From: Azolla caroliniana
Taxonomy: Eukaryota; Plantae; Polypodiophyta
Assembly (NCBI GenBank): GCA_043228905.1
Contig: JBHGNT010000004.1
Location: 9,238,001 to 9,302,000 of the forward strand
DNA: 64,000 nucleotides
Reading direction: 5' to 3'
The notes beneath the pieces were generated by a model. It searched no databases. It was not told the origin of the DNA and saw only the letters and a program-made list of their open reading frames with translations. A program made the translations under genes and the position numbers. This document shows positions 1 through 12,215 of this stretch, piece by piece (the first letter of the stretch is position 1; the number at the start of each line of letters is the position of its first letter).

Positions 1-1259
1 ATATGATCTGCAACGAACTTTCTACAACCTTCCTTATCTTTTGATTCATCTTTCTCCTCATCCAAACATCCTTTTATCAGAATATCATCCAAGAATGGCA
101 TCGTGATGTCCGAGATGCAATCCTTCAAGACTTTATTCATGGCATTCACCATATGAGCTACCGAGTTTGTTGCGCCTTGGGGTAAGGTACACATCCGCAT
201 AAGCCCGATAGGAGTCCTCATGGTTGTAATGTTCCGACTGTCGATCGCCAATTGGAATTGGCCATATCCGGAGTAGAGATCGCCAATGGAGTAGATGGAC
301 CGGCCTTCAAACGCTTCGGCAAATTCGTCCATGCTCGGACCAATTCCGGCATTTTGAATTGTCACCTTGTTGACGGGTTGAAGATCTTGGATGAATCACA
401 ATGATCCATTCTTCTTCGGCACCGTGAACCACCTATTGGAATAAGGAGAATTTGACGGTTCTAGAATTCCCATACTCACCTTCTCCTTTAAGAGCTCCAT
501 CAGCTTCGGAAGGTGTGCTCTCGGAACCGGTATCGGTTTCAAATTCCAAGGCACATGAGGCACCGTGAAGATCACCATCGGCTCTATAACCTTTGGGTCG
601 GCACATCCGATTTCTCGTGGGAAGAATGCGAAAGCCTTCCCATGTCCCCCAAGCATATCACGAAACATTCGCTCCTCTTCAAGGGGAAGGAAATCCTGCT
701 TTCCAACTCGTAGCTTCCCCTTCGTCTCTTTGGTGAAGACATGACCTACCCTCTTCGGATCTCTTAAGCTTGGATCGTTAGCGACTTCCTTCATCTTTTG
801 CCAACTATCTTCTGGTAGTAGAACCACCACTGGATTGATCTTCTTATCCACCATTTTATATTTCGTGTTGATGTCAGCTTCCTTCGTCGAGATGCCACGA
901 CGGTATTCATCAATGATAACATACATGTTGACAGAGTTAACTGAAATCACGTAATCATCGTGAAGATAGCTCAAGTCCACGAGTTCCTCGATTTCGCCGA
1001 TGGTGTCGTTAAATGAGGCTTCTTCCATAATATGAGTCACAAAGTCTCCTTCTTCTATTATGTTTTCTTCATTCAGCATCTTCTCGAATTCTTGTATTCG
1101 ACGCTTGTCCTTCTTGTCGGGTAGTACTAGTTTACATGCACCACTAGGTGTGACACATGTTGCTTCTCCTCGCAATCCACGCACTCTTCTTTCTTGTGGG
1201 GTCTTGTGATTTCTCGGACTATTTGTGCCCCATGCTTCAATAGTCCGCTCTAAAAATCC
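1..1259 (-). pseudogene. pol (pre-RT linker and RT) of element A, disrupted
   Basis: ORF 396..1184 (IFTVPHVPWNLKPIPVP, WFTVPKKNGSL) ends at a TGA. RT motifs continue in frame to base 1. Confidence 0.88.
1196..1259 (-). promoter_or_regulatory. Putative -1 ribosomal frameshift signal (GGATTTTTAG plus H-type pseudoknot) between gag-PR and pol of A
   Basis: The 0-frame ends GAT TTT TAG; the -1 frame FLERTIEAWG... is open into ORF 396..1184. Stem CGGACTATT/AATAGTCCG; loop TGGGG can pair with downstream CCCCA. Confidence 0.72.
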
Positions 1260-3449
1260 GAGGATTCGCCTCCGAGACTATCTCGATTCCTTTCATGATT
1301 GGCTCACACCGTTAGGAATTGGACCGATCTTTGGTTGTCAAGACTCTTTATTCATGCTAAGGCTGCTCCATTATCGAACACTTTGATCTCCATCCGAGAT
1401 GATGTGATATACGGTTGTCCTAGGATGACAAGATGCGACGCCGATTCTTGCACGAAGAAGTGTTGATCCATCTCCACATCCCCAATCATGACTTTGACAT
1501 TGGGACAAGCTCCGTACAAGTCCTCCGTAGACTTTGTTGCTGTGCGAATCTTCCATCCATGGTTTGTATTGATTGGCCATCTTCCTTTTTTGTAGAAGTC
1601 GGTTGACATGAGTTGATCTCTGAGCCGTGGTCGATCAAGGCTACCACAGTCTCTTTCTTCTCCCCGATCTTCACCGGCGTCTCCATTGTCGTTGGTGCCC
1701 AATGAGGTCGAGTATAGTGGTTGTCCACCATATCTTCATCGACTTCGTCTCTTGCCATCGTTATGGCATTCGTTTTTGCTTTTTGTGGCTTCTCTTCTTC
1801 CTCGTCTGATTGTTGTCTTTTTCTCTTTACAAAGTCCACAATAGTGTCATGGAACTCCTTCGTAATGCCGAGTAATTCCCTCAAGGACAAAGTCACGTGG
1901 CTATCAAGAACTCGTTCTTCGAGAATCTTCTTTAGGTCCGTCGTCTGCTCTATGTCCGACTTTAGCTTATACGTAGGTATAGTCCTTGTCCTCTGAGCGG
2001 GGTCTTCGACACAACCTTCACGGGCCGAACCGTTTCTTCAACTTTTATGCTCAGCTCCCCTTTCCGGCTTGATTCTCGTTCCTCCATTTGTAAAGGTCAA
2101 CTCGTCTCCGCATCGTCCTTCTTTTTCGCATTCCTCGTTTCATGTCTTTTTTATGGGCCTTGCTCTTCTATTCTTTTTCTCTTTTCTTTGACAAACACCT
2201 CGTGGTTGTCACACATCACTTCCGTGAGTATGGTGTTGTCGTCCACCAGATCTAACCATCCAGTTATACTTTGTACACTTCGATCCGCAAGCTCTACTTC
2301 GCTCAAAGTGACTTTTCCCTTCTTCTCATATTCGAGAACGGAAGTCCAAAACTTTGCTCCCGCTCTAGCAACTTCAGTCCTTTCTTTCCCGACTCTTATT
2401 CCAGCTGACGCAGCATAGTGCATTGCATCCACATGAGTTTCATCGGCATTCTCCATAGATTTCTTCATTCCTCCTCTTCTGAAATTCACCCGTAGGGGTC
2501 TTCTAGTCTCGCTCGAGCAGATCATGTTGTCATCTATGTACACGATATTTTGTTAGATCGCCTCTCGAAGGTTCGCGCAATCCCTTCTCATGTGGTCCAT
2601 GCTATCACACCACACGCATCTAAAGGGTTCTTTCCCTTTAGGGCCCCGACGATTCATGTTGGCTAGCGTAACCATCTCAAACTTCTTCGCCGGTTCTTCG
2701 ATGATGTTGTCATCAATCTTCTTTTCGTCCGGGCTACTTTGTTTGGGCAACTCAGCTACTTTCGGTTGTCTAGTTTTCTCCGCAACAGTTGATCCCGCCA
2801 AGTCGGTGTCATCAACCCACTCACGACGCTTGTCGAGCCTATTGCATGCTCGCTTTACCGCAACCTAGTCCGCCACAAGCCCATTTGCTTGGGTATCCTC
2901 TTCGAGAAGAGTCCCCAATTCTCGTCTATCCTGCATGTCCACAACTTTCAAGAAGTACAAAGTCTTGTCTTCTTCAAGCAACACTTGGTCCGTGTTGGGG
3001 AGACGACGAAACATCTGGTCGAATTTGTCGTACACCCTCGAGGCACTCATCTTCTTATTCTTCTTCTCTATCCACTTCATCAGGGCATGTCGAGTCATCC
3101 TCGTTGAGTCTTCAATCGCGAGCTCCGCTAGTATCGTTTTCTCGAACTCAGACCATGTTGTCTTACCTTCTTGAAGTTCAACGACACGTCTTTGGACGTT
3201 GTTGGCGACACCTCTCTTGAAGCTTGTGATTTGACGTGCTTCGGACACGTCCCTCTAATTCATCTCCCTTCTATATGTATAAAGGAACTTTGTAACGTTC
3301 CTTCCATCAAATTGACCCTCGTGCTCTACAACACGGTCGACGGCCTTCTCCACGTTCGCATCGTTGTCTCGAGATCTCATCATTTGTTCGACGATTACCA
3401 TCATCCTTTCAAGCTCTCCCGCTTGGTTGCTTGAGGACGCCATCTCCAA
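1250..3449 (-). pseudogene. gag-protease of element A, disrupted
   Basis: Chain of ORF pieces 3255..3449, 2865..3248, 2553..2801 (Zn-knuckle-like), 2151..2543, 1486..1896 (DHG protease) and 1352..1702. Confidence 0.87.
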
Positions 3450-3484
3450 GTATTAATCTCGGCTTGATCCTTCCTACCATCTCT

Positions 3485-3502
3485 TTCACGTCAGGTTCAC
3501 CA
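3485..3502 (-). promoter_or_regulatory. Primer binding site, tRNA-Trp
   Basis: Minus strand TGGTGAACCTGACGTGAA, 8 nt from the LTR end; complementary to the 3' end of plant tRNA-Trp (TTCACGTCGGGTTCACCA) with one mismatch. Confidence 0.85.
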
Positions 3503-3510
3503 CTTAATTA

Positions 3511-4626
3511 TGTCGTGAAGATCCGTCACTACGCGCGGATCGTGAGGCAGAACCGCCAGGGTTCTGGACCGGAAGGATTCGACGTTGGCACAAGCTTTAG
3601 CGAGAAAGGAATTAAGATAGATTGAAAGAGAGAGAGATTGAGAAAAGATAGAACGCTTGATTTTAGATTGAGAGAGAGATTAAGAACTCTTGACTTTAGA
3701 TTTCAGAAACAAGTTACACGATCAATTCGATAACGAATTTTCTTCTTCTTAATTTCATAACTAAAAGAGCCTAACCCTTCTTCTTTTTCATCCCCCTCTT
3801 TTATAGATGCTCTCATGCATATGATGCATGTGAGGGTACAAGACATGCATAAAATGCATGTTTTCCATTTGGCGCTCATGTATTACATGTGGTGCATAAT
3901 AACCATATCACTCATTTTAGCTCACATGTATAAGAATTTACATGTAAAAAAGTACAATTATAGAAATAAAAATTCAACTAAATGTTATGGCTTAGTGGTA
4001 AGCCTACTAACTCTTAACTAGAAGGTTTGAATCCATACTTGCACTCCTTGTGTATATATATATATGTATACATATATTTATTTATTTATATATATATCTA
4101 TCCGGTCGCCGGATGCCGGATGACGCCGGTTCGCCAGATGCCGGTTGCCGCCGATTATCGTCAATTGCCAGATGTCGTCGGTTACCGTCGGTTACCGGCA
4201 TCCAGTTCCGTTACCGTTCGTCCGGTTTTGGTTGGGCAAAACCTTTGCAAGTAGCTAGGCCACACCCATTCATCCAATAGCTTAGTTCAAGTCACCTTGA
4301 ACTCTCTATGCTCCACACATAGACACAAAGATAATAGCTTTTGCTCTACCTTATATATGGTGAGATCCTTATTTCCTGTCTATGTGGGATATCTCACAGT
4401 TTTATTTTTCTCTTCTTCCTTCTCATACTTCACTCCCACATAACTTGTCACTTAGATGTCCGTTTCTTATGTAGTAAAGTGCATCTCTTCAAGATCTTCG
4501 TCTTTTGTACTAAGATATTAAACTTACTTAGAATCAGTATATTCACTATTATTGTTTTATATGATTGACACTTGATTTCGTATGTCTTATGTAATTTTCA
4601 CACCATTGCCGAAAATCTTCACGACA
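3511..4626 (-). repeat. LTR of element A
   Basis: TG...CA ends with an 11-bp terminal inverted repeat; near-identical to the LTR at 32755-34271 in opposite orientation. Confidence 0.92.
3982..4044 (+). promoter_or_regulatory. tRNA-derived Pol III-type module (A box and B box) in the LTR of A, antisense to the element
   Basis: A box TGGCTTAGTGG 3988-3998; ACTCTTAAC anticodon-loop-like segment; B box GGTTTGAATCC 4024-4034. Confidence 0.62.
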
Positions 4627-4758
4627 TCCACCACCACCAAACCGCACGTCCTCCGATACGTGCCAAGAAGAGAGAAAGTGAGATTTTGGCTACGATGATC
4701 AAGGTGATTTCGTACGTCTTATGTAATTTTCACACCATTGCTGAAAATCTTCACGACA
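4627..4758 (-). repeat. Collapsed upstream monomer: 54-bp LTR start (4705-4758) plus pre-PPT/PPT segment (4627-4704)
   Basis: 4705-4758 duplicates 4573-4626. 4627-4665 resembles the PPT-proximal region of element B at 11455 onward (TCCACC...GCAC.TCCTC....GTGCCA). Confidence 0.75.
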
Positions 4759-7700
4759 ACGCATCTCGGGTGCTTGATCGAGGAGGAAGGCCAAGTTATT
4801 GCGCAAGGGCGTAGAGATGGGAGGATGTTTATCCTCGACACCAATGACGTTGCCACCACAATGTTTGCAAAAGGACAAAAAGTTGAGTCAGATATCGACT
4901 TGTGGCAGAAGCGGATAGGCCACGTCAACTTTCAAAGCCTTGAGGACTGGCAATCGAAACAAGTTGTGTTCGGATTGCCCAAATTCAGTGGCCTGAAGTC
5001 CCAAATTTGTGAAGCCTGCGAGCTAGGGAAGCAAAACCAACTTCTTTTCCCCAACTAGCGTAACCGGAGCTGGAACAAGCCTGACTTGATAGAATCAGAT
5101 GTATGGGGGCCGACACAAAACGTTAGTCTTGGCGGGAGTCGATATTTTGTCTCCTTCATCGACGACTACACGTGGCACACGTGGATCTATCTCATTCAAA
5201 AGAAGAGTGAAGTCTTTCACATTTTCCGGAACCTCAAAAGCTTCGTAGGAAGGGAAATAGGGAGAAAGATTCAGTGCCTGTGGTCGAATAGCGGAAAAGA
5301 GTACTTTTCCGGCCAATTCAACAATTATCTGCAATAAATGGGAATTCGGTGCGAATTCAGTTGCAAGTATACCCCAGAGCAAACCGGTGTAGCCGAAAGG
5401 AAAAATCGATTGGTTGTGGAAGCGGTGCGGGCAATGCTGGAAGAAAAGAGCTTGCCCAAGTTCTATTGGGCCGAAGCGGTACGAACCGCGGTCTACACCC
5501 AGAATCGGATCGGAGACAAACTGTCGGCGCATGAGCTGTATTTCGAAAGGAGGCTGAATCTACGACACTTGAGATTTTTTAGTAGCATTGCGTATGTGCA
5601 TGTGCCGAAGGAAAATTGGAGGAAGTTGGACGCAAAAGCCGAGAAGTGTATCTTGGTCGGCTATTCGGACGAATAGAAGGGTTATAAGTGTTATAATCCC
5701 CGAACCAAACAAGCTCGCGTGAGCCGCGATGTTGTGTTTGATGAGTCTGTGTCCTGGTACTTGCCTCCGACTCCAGACCTCAACTCCAACTCCGGATCTC
5801 CGGACCCGAGTTCTGACGATGAGGTCAACGAGGCTAAAATGCCTCCGGATGACCGCGCAATCAAGACCCTTGATGAGAGTCCAATTTCATTTCGGCTAAG
5901 TGGACTGAACGAGTGACTGGGTTGGCTTGACCAGTCTGAAGAAGAGACTGCGACTGGTGGAGACTCGATCGTGCATTCCCCACGTAGGAAGCCGAGGAGA
6001 CGGTTTACCCGCAAGGAAAAAGGGAAGAAGAAAATGCCAGAGTATGACACGGATAAGGGCGAGTCGGATAGATGCGAATCCGACTCTGAGAAGAGCGATG
6101 ACGGGCCTTCGAGAGCAAAGTCCGTGTCAGCCAAAAAAGCCTCAACATCGGCTAATGAGCAGTTACGACAATCTACCCACCAGAAGAACCTTGTTGTGTG
6201 GTTCGGATACAACGAGTACATGGCGCATCACTATGCATACATGACACTTGTAGCGGATGTGCGTGAGCTGGAGAGCTACGTAGAAGTGGAGAAGGACGCA
6301 AATTGGTGTGCCACAATGAAGGAAGAGATGTGCGCATTAGCGAAGAATGAGACTTGGGACCTGGTTGACGCACCGAAGGGTGTAAAGCCGATCGGATGCA
6401 GATGGGTGTATAAAGTGAAATACAACACCGACGGCTCTGTCAATTGCTACAAGGCCCAGTTAGTAGCGAAAGGCTACTCGTAGAAGTACGGCATGGATTA
6501 TGATGAGACCTTCACGCCAGTCACGAAGATGACTACCATGCGAGTCTTGCTAGCCGTAACAGCGGCGAAAGGGTGGCACTTACATCAAATGGATGTAAAG
6601 AACGCGTTCCTACAAGGTGATCTCAAGGAACAGGTGTACATGGTACAACCCCCTGGATTTCTATCCGAACAAAACACTTCGGTATTTTGCCGACTGAGGA
6701 ATTCCATCTACGGACTTAAGCAAGCACCACGAGCCTGGAACGCGAAGAGTACGCAACAGTTTCATAAGATGGGTTGCGTTGTCGAAGTCGGCCTCTTCAC
6801 TATTTGTTCGACAAGGTCAACAAGGACCCGTTAGCCTTCTTTTGTATGTTGATGATTTGGTCATTGCCGGTGCCGACCTAAACGAAATTCGCCGCGTGAA
6901 GTGTCAACTTGCGGCATCTTTTGAAATGAAGGATCTTGGAGACCTTCATTACTTCCTCGGGATCGAAGTGATCTGTACCCCCGAAGGCATATTAATTAGC
7001 CAACGCCACTATGTGCTGAATATGCTCTTCAAGTTGTAAGCACATCTCGCCCCTTTAGACAGAAACATAAAACTTCGCCGATATTGGGGAAAGGTGTGCC
7101 ACCCGACACGGTTCCGAAAAATTGTTGGAAACCTCATATATTTGACGATTACTCGGCCGGACCTCAGCTACCCGGTCGGACTGATCAGTCAATTCATGTC
7201 GCAGCTTAAAACCGAACATTTTTAGTGTGCACAAAGGATATTGCGATATGCCAGCGGCACGAAAGACATGGCGTTCCTATATCGGGCAAGCGTAGCCGAA
7301 CAGTTAGTCGGCTACACGGATGTCGATTGGGTCGGAAACGCTCACGATCGTAGATCCACATCCGGATACGCATACTTTCTAGGCAGTGCGGCGATTGTGT
7401 GGAGCAGTAAGAAGCAGCCGATAGTAGCACTGTCGAGCATGGAGGCCGAGTATCGAGGGGCGACTGTCGCTACGTGCAAAGTCATTTGGCTAAAACGGCT
7501 ATTACGGGATCTGTATGTAGACGTGTCTAATCCGACGACGATCTATTGCGACAACCTTAGCAATATCCACCTTGCGAAGAACGTCGTATTCCATGCCCGG
7601 ACCAAGAACATTGAGGTGCATTACCATTTTGTCCACGAGCAGGTCCTTTTTGGTGAAGTCGACTTGGTGTATGTTTCGACTGATCGGCAGATTTCCGACA

Positions 7701-8777
7701 TCTTCACCAAGCCTCTTGGTCTCGACAAGTTGCGGCATTTCTCGGGTGAGCTAGGTTTGCGTCACCTCGACACGCCGTACTTGAGGGGGAGAAAGGAAGA
7801 ACAGGAACAGGCACAAGAGCGTGAAAGGAGTAGAGGTGGTCATTGCGGCGGAAGTGACCATGACGCGGAATCGGATGAAAAATTCGATTTCGGGCTAGCT
7901 GAAGAAGCCAAAGAAAAGAGCAAGGGCCATAACCGGAGGGAAGACCCGAGGATAGCCAAATCAAGGGGAGATACAGCCAAGAAGGGCGTAAAGTCCAAGA
8001 CCAAGACGTGGTCTGATGGAGTCAAAGGCCTAAAAACAAGAGACGAATTGGAGATAACCAATTCGGATGAGAGCAGAATTGAATCGGAAGTGTTTGATTC
8101 AATCGGAATGTTCCATTCGGATACGCCGAATCAATTGAATGCCGTGCAAAAAAAGGGCAGGGAAGGGCGCGCCGATACCGTGATAACAAGGGAGCTGAGA
8201 AGGGTCGGATGAGCAGACAAGCCGACCGGCAGGGTCAAAGTGTGCGGAATCGAATGGGTCGAGGAGCGTGAGCGAGGCGTGAAGCTAGAAGAAACCGGAG
8301 CGGTGATCCGGAAGTACCAAAAGCGCCTCATGTTGAGCTTGAGGGGGAGTGTTGAGATTTAAGCTCAACATTGGCCGGATTGGCTGCGCAAGCCGAGAAC
8401 CAAATCAATTGGGACTGATCGGTTAGGCCAGACCGGTGCGTAAACCGGTGCGCAAAAAAGAAGTCGTAGCGGTGCGTAAACCGCGAGGCCGTTGGAAATA
8501 TATTCCACGTAGGAATATATTTTGGGAGATAGTGTAGAGCTCATTTATGAGCATTGACGTACGTGTCAGTTATTCTGTCAGTCTATATGGACTTGTATAA
8601 AAGTGCTCACTGAGCACATTCTATGTATATACTGAGTATTATTTTTTGAATAGAGTAGTGTGTATTCTCTCTCTCTCAGTCTTTCTCTCCCGCATACTGT
8701 GTTTGTCCAAGCTCTCCTTTAAACCTGTGTTTTCCTACATTCTGCCTTCTATTGCTTCCGCACATTGTTTTTCTACA
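4759..8777 (+). mobile_element. Ty1/Copia element G (GAG-pre-integrase, integrase, RT, RNase H, 3' LTR); 5' part separated by insertion of A
   Basis: SDVWGP, GVAERKNR, HQMDVKNAFL, LLYVDDL and DIFTKPL motifs with stops. PPT TTGAGGGGGAG about 8339-8349; LTR 8350-8777. Confidence 0.93.
8350..8777 (+). repeat. 3' LTR of Copia G
   Basis: Begins TGTTGAG right after the PPT and ends TTTTCTACA; homologous to 48872-49325. Confidence 0.82.
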
Positions 8778-10197
8778 AAGGCATTACAAAACATGTTACA
8801 ACCTATTCGGTTCAAGTTGTGGCGGAAGGGAGAAATGATGGGAGTTACATGGATTTCATGGGACCATTGGGATACTCCTAAAAGGTTAGGTGGTGCAACA
8901 ATATTGGATTTGGAAAGGCATTTGATGGCTTGTAGATTTGTATTATTACAAGATATATGTCAACAAGATCAAGCATAAATATCTATGATGCAATATTTTA
9001 TTGAGCATGAAGGATTGGTGCATGGGAAAACAAAGATTCAAGTGTCATGGTGGTCACTACGTAATGGCAGTATTCCTCTAAAGATTCGTCATTCTGTATG
9101 TGGTCAACATTTGGTACGATCGTGGCAAGATGATTGAGAATATTGTAATTCATTACAAAATGAATTGCTTGTTTCTTCTCTAGCGTTGTTTTGCCATGGG
9201 AAAGAGAAGTTGAGATCTCAATTCAATCATTTAGTTCGATTGGGGATTGTACATTTGGAAGATGTGGTTGATAATGAATCTCAAAGGTTGTTAGATTTTG
9301 AAGATGCCAAGAGATGGTTATGTATTCACCCAAATTATGGATTTATTAGGGAGAAATTACAAGAGATACCATTGTTGCAAGGATCTTTGCCATTGAAAAC
9401 AAAATTTGCACCTTGGGTCGATTGGCGGTTACAAGATGGTGCACGCTTGTTACAGGTCACTAGAAATATATTGTATCATCATGCCATGGCATCATTATCT
9501 TGGCTATCTCCTGAAGCAACGAAGTTGTGGAATGTATATAAGTCAGAGGCAAGGTGGTGGAAAATATTACGTGGTTGGCATTCCCATCTACCATTTCGTG
9601 CAATAGTATTCATATGGAGAGTCATGATTGGTGGGCTCCCATTAGGTTCAGCCTTAAAGAGACCAGGACTAGGGTCTAACACTTGTTTCTTTTGCATTGT
9701 TCCATTGGAGGATAGTACACATAGGTTCATTAAATGTCCTATAACGTGTACCATTTGGAAGTTCTTATCCGCCATTTGGCAAGTTTTAGCCCGTTGTTGT
9801 TTGAGACCTCAACGATGGGTTTTTTCTCAATATGCTCAAAATGGATCAAATGATGAGATTGAGATATTGTTCTAATTTTTACGTTATTGGGGTCTACAAC
9901 ACAATTGGAATATGCATAATGCTTTCATGTTTGATAATAGACACGGGGTGGAAGCCTATATAAAGAAGCTGAAAGGTATATTATCATGTGGATTTTTTGG
10001 ATGTTAGCGCATGGGGGGATCATTTCCTCAAATGCTTATTCAAGTTTTTTAATAGCATTACACAACGTTCCTCTCCCTACATAGGCATATGATAGGTAGA
10101 GGAGACTAAGAAATGTTGTAACTAAGTGGATTTTACATAAACTTAATATAATTATGTGCTTTTACCCAAAAAGAAGAAGAGAAACAAACAAACAAAG
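8778..10197 (+). mobile_element. L1-clade LINE, 3' part of ORF2 (post-RT region and zf-RVT), degenerate
   Basis: WISWDHWDTPKRLGGATILDL and CFFC...EDSTHRFIKC motifs; A/AAG-rich tail 10168-10197. Confidence 0.85.
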
Positions 10198-10348
10198 CTA
10201 TATTAACGTCTTCGAAGGTCAAAATTGGCCCATGAGACAGTTGGTTTACAACAAAATGGGTATTTATCCAATTATCAAAACTAAAATAAAATAAAGTGAA
10301 AATAGAACTTAAGCTAAAAGAGTTCTAGTTACAAAACGTGGTATACGT

Positions 10349-11454
10349 TGTCGTGACGTGGCTCGTCCAAAAGCGTAGCATTGTGTGGACAAAAGATATC
10401 ATGAAGGTGAGGAAGGAATCACTAGGATTATGGACGGAAGGGATGAAAGAGTAGAGGTAGAGTAAATAGAGATCAACAAGATATGACAAGATAGGATATA
10501 GAATGATATTTGACAGAATAAAAGAAATTTATAATTATTTCGTGAAAGAGTTACAAAATGGTTACGAGCGTCGTTGAACCTTCGATCTTTGTTTCATAAG
10601 GTAATCGCTCTTCTCTTTCTTGATAGTAAGCCACATCAATCTTCACTTCAATATTTCGATGAAGATAAGAATCAAGATAAGAATCTAACCCCCGCCCTTT
10701 CGTTGTGAGTTGAGCACCACAAACATCAAGCTAGCTCTTCTCTTGTCATTTCTTCTTCTGTTGCTCTTTCTATCTTATGATATCTCTTATGTAATATAAC
10801 TCTATTTGATTCTCTTGATATATCATCCAATATAGTTCTTCGAGTTCAATTCCTTCGATATCCCTTGTGGCCCTACTCCCTTCTCCTTTTATAGGGGAGA
10901 GATGGTTGTACATGTGGGCCATGTGGCGCACATGCAGAGAGAACTTTGCATGTGTGCTATATGGTGCACATGTAGTACATTCCATGGTTTAAACCATACA
11001 ATACTACTTCAAATAAAACAACACATATATTTTATATGCATTACAAGTAAATGCTAAATGGTAAGGTTTAAATGTCATATTAAGGTTGGGGTTGTTGGTT
11101 CAAGTCCTCTTTTGCCCATGCAATATGCTATATGGTGTGCATGTAGTATATTACATGGTTTAGACTATAGAATAGTACTTCAAATAAAACAATGCATATA
11201 ATGTAAATTATCAGTATATGCTAAATGGTAAGGTTTGAGTGTCATAAGGTGGGGTTATTGGCTCAATTCTTCTCTCGTCCATGTAACATAACATATACAT
11301 TATTTTATTTGCCTCTACATATAATGTTTAATATTATCATAGTGTGTTCTTAATATTATCTTTATGTATAAAATATTATCAAGATTTATTTTATTTTAGT
11401 TACGTATTTATCTTATTGTAGACTTTTAATGTGAAGCTTTTGTACTTCACGACA
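10349..11454 (-). repeat. 3' LTR of element B
   Basis: TGTCGTGA...TCACGACA ends; adjacent PPT (minus strand AGAGGGGGTGGA); contains a diverged tandem duplication of about 170 bp at 10955-11284. Confidence 0.88.
11051..11270 (+). promoter_or_regulatory. Two degenerate tRNA-like A/B-box modules in the LTR of B, antisense to the element
   Basis: ATGCTAAATGGTAAGG at 11051 with GGTTCAAGTCC 11097-11107; second copy at 11218 with GGCTCAATTCT 11260-11270. Confidence 0.5.
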
Positions 11455-12215
11455 TCCACCCCCTCTAGACCTGCACATCCTCTGGCATGTGCCACTATCT
11501 TTCATCTTCATCTTGATCTATTGGAGGTTCACGCTCGAACCTTTTCTTAAATACTTTTATCCTTTTTCCAACTACCACGTTTAGGATTGGTGTCTCATCC
11601 AATTCACTAAGCTTAGAAGTAAAGTTATCATATACTTTTCTTACTAACTTTCAACGAACTTGCAGACGGTCCTATGTTGATTATCTAAACTGCTATCATA
11701 CACAAGCACCCAATCCCCTTGTTCTATCTTTTTATGTCTAATTCTATGAGTTTTATCAAAACGAATTTTATTCTTCAGTCGGGCCTCCTTCAATCATTGG
11801 GCTACAAATTCTATATCTCCAGGTCGACACTCTAATTGTTGAATTTGCAAAGCAAACAATTCTTCTTTACTCACCTCTTCTCTCCATGGAATAGATATCC
11901 CTAATATAATTGATTCTTCTACCGGCATGATGGGTTTTGGCCAAGTATCAATTCAACTGGCATAAATCCTATTATTGAACTATGCGTTGTTCGATCGGGC
12001 AATAGTGCGTAAGGTAGCATGCATGGCCAATCTCTTATTTTAGTTTTGTAGCTTTTCACAATTGCCTTAACTATTGGGATATGTCCTCTTTCAATCTTTC
12101 CATTGGCTTCTAGATTATACCTAGTTGTAATTGATAACTTGACCCCTGTCTAATTGAAGAATTCTTGAGCTTCATGAGAATCAAATTCTCCTCTATCTGC
12201 AATTATTTTACCAAT

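Larger units (their letters stand above)
1..4758 (-). mobile_element. Ty3/Gypsy LTR retrotransposon A (tRNA-Trp primed), 5' half; the element runs off the left edge of the window
   Basis: LTR 3511-4626 with TGTCGTGAAGA...TCTTCACGACA ends and a Trp PBS. Gag fragments (FDGRNVTKFL, CVWCDSMDHMRRDC), protease ALIDHGSEIN, RT WFTVPKKNGSL and DLYSGY. Multiple stops and frameshifts. Confidence 0.93.

Noticed and set aside
10198-10348. Short AT-rich segment between the LINE tail and the LTR of B as a separate feature
   Set aside because: No motif, ORF or repeat partner that I can identify in the window.
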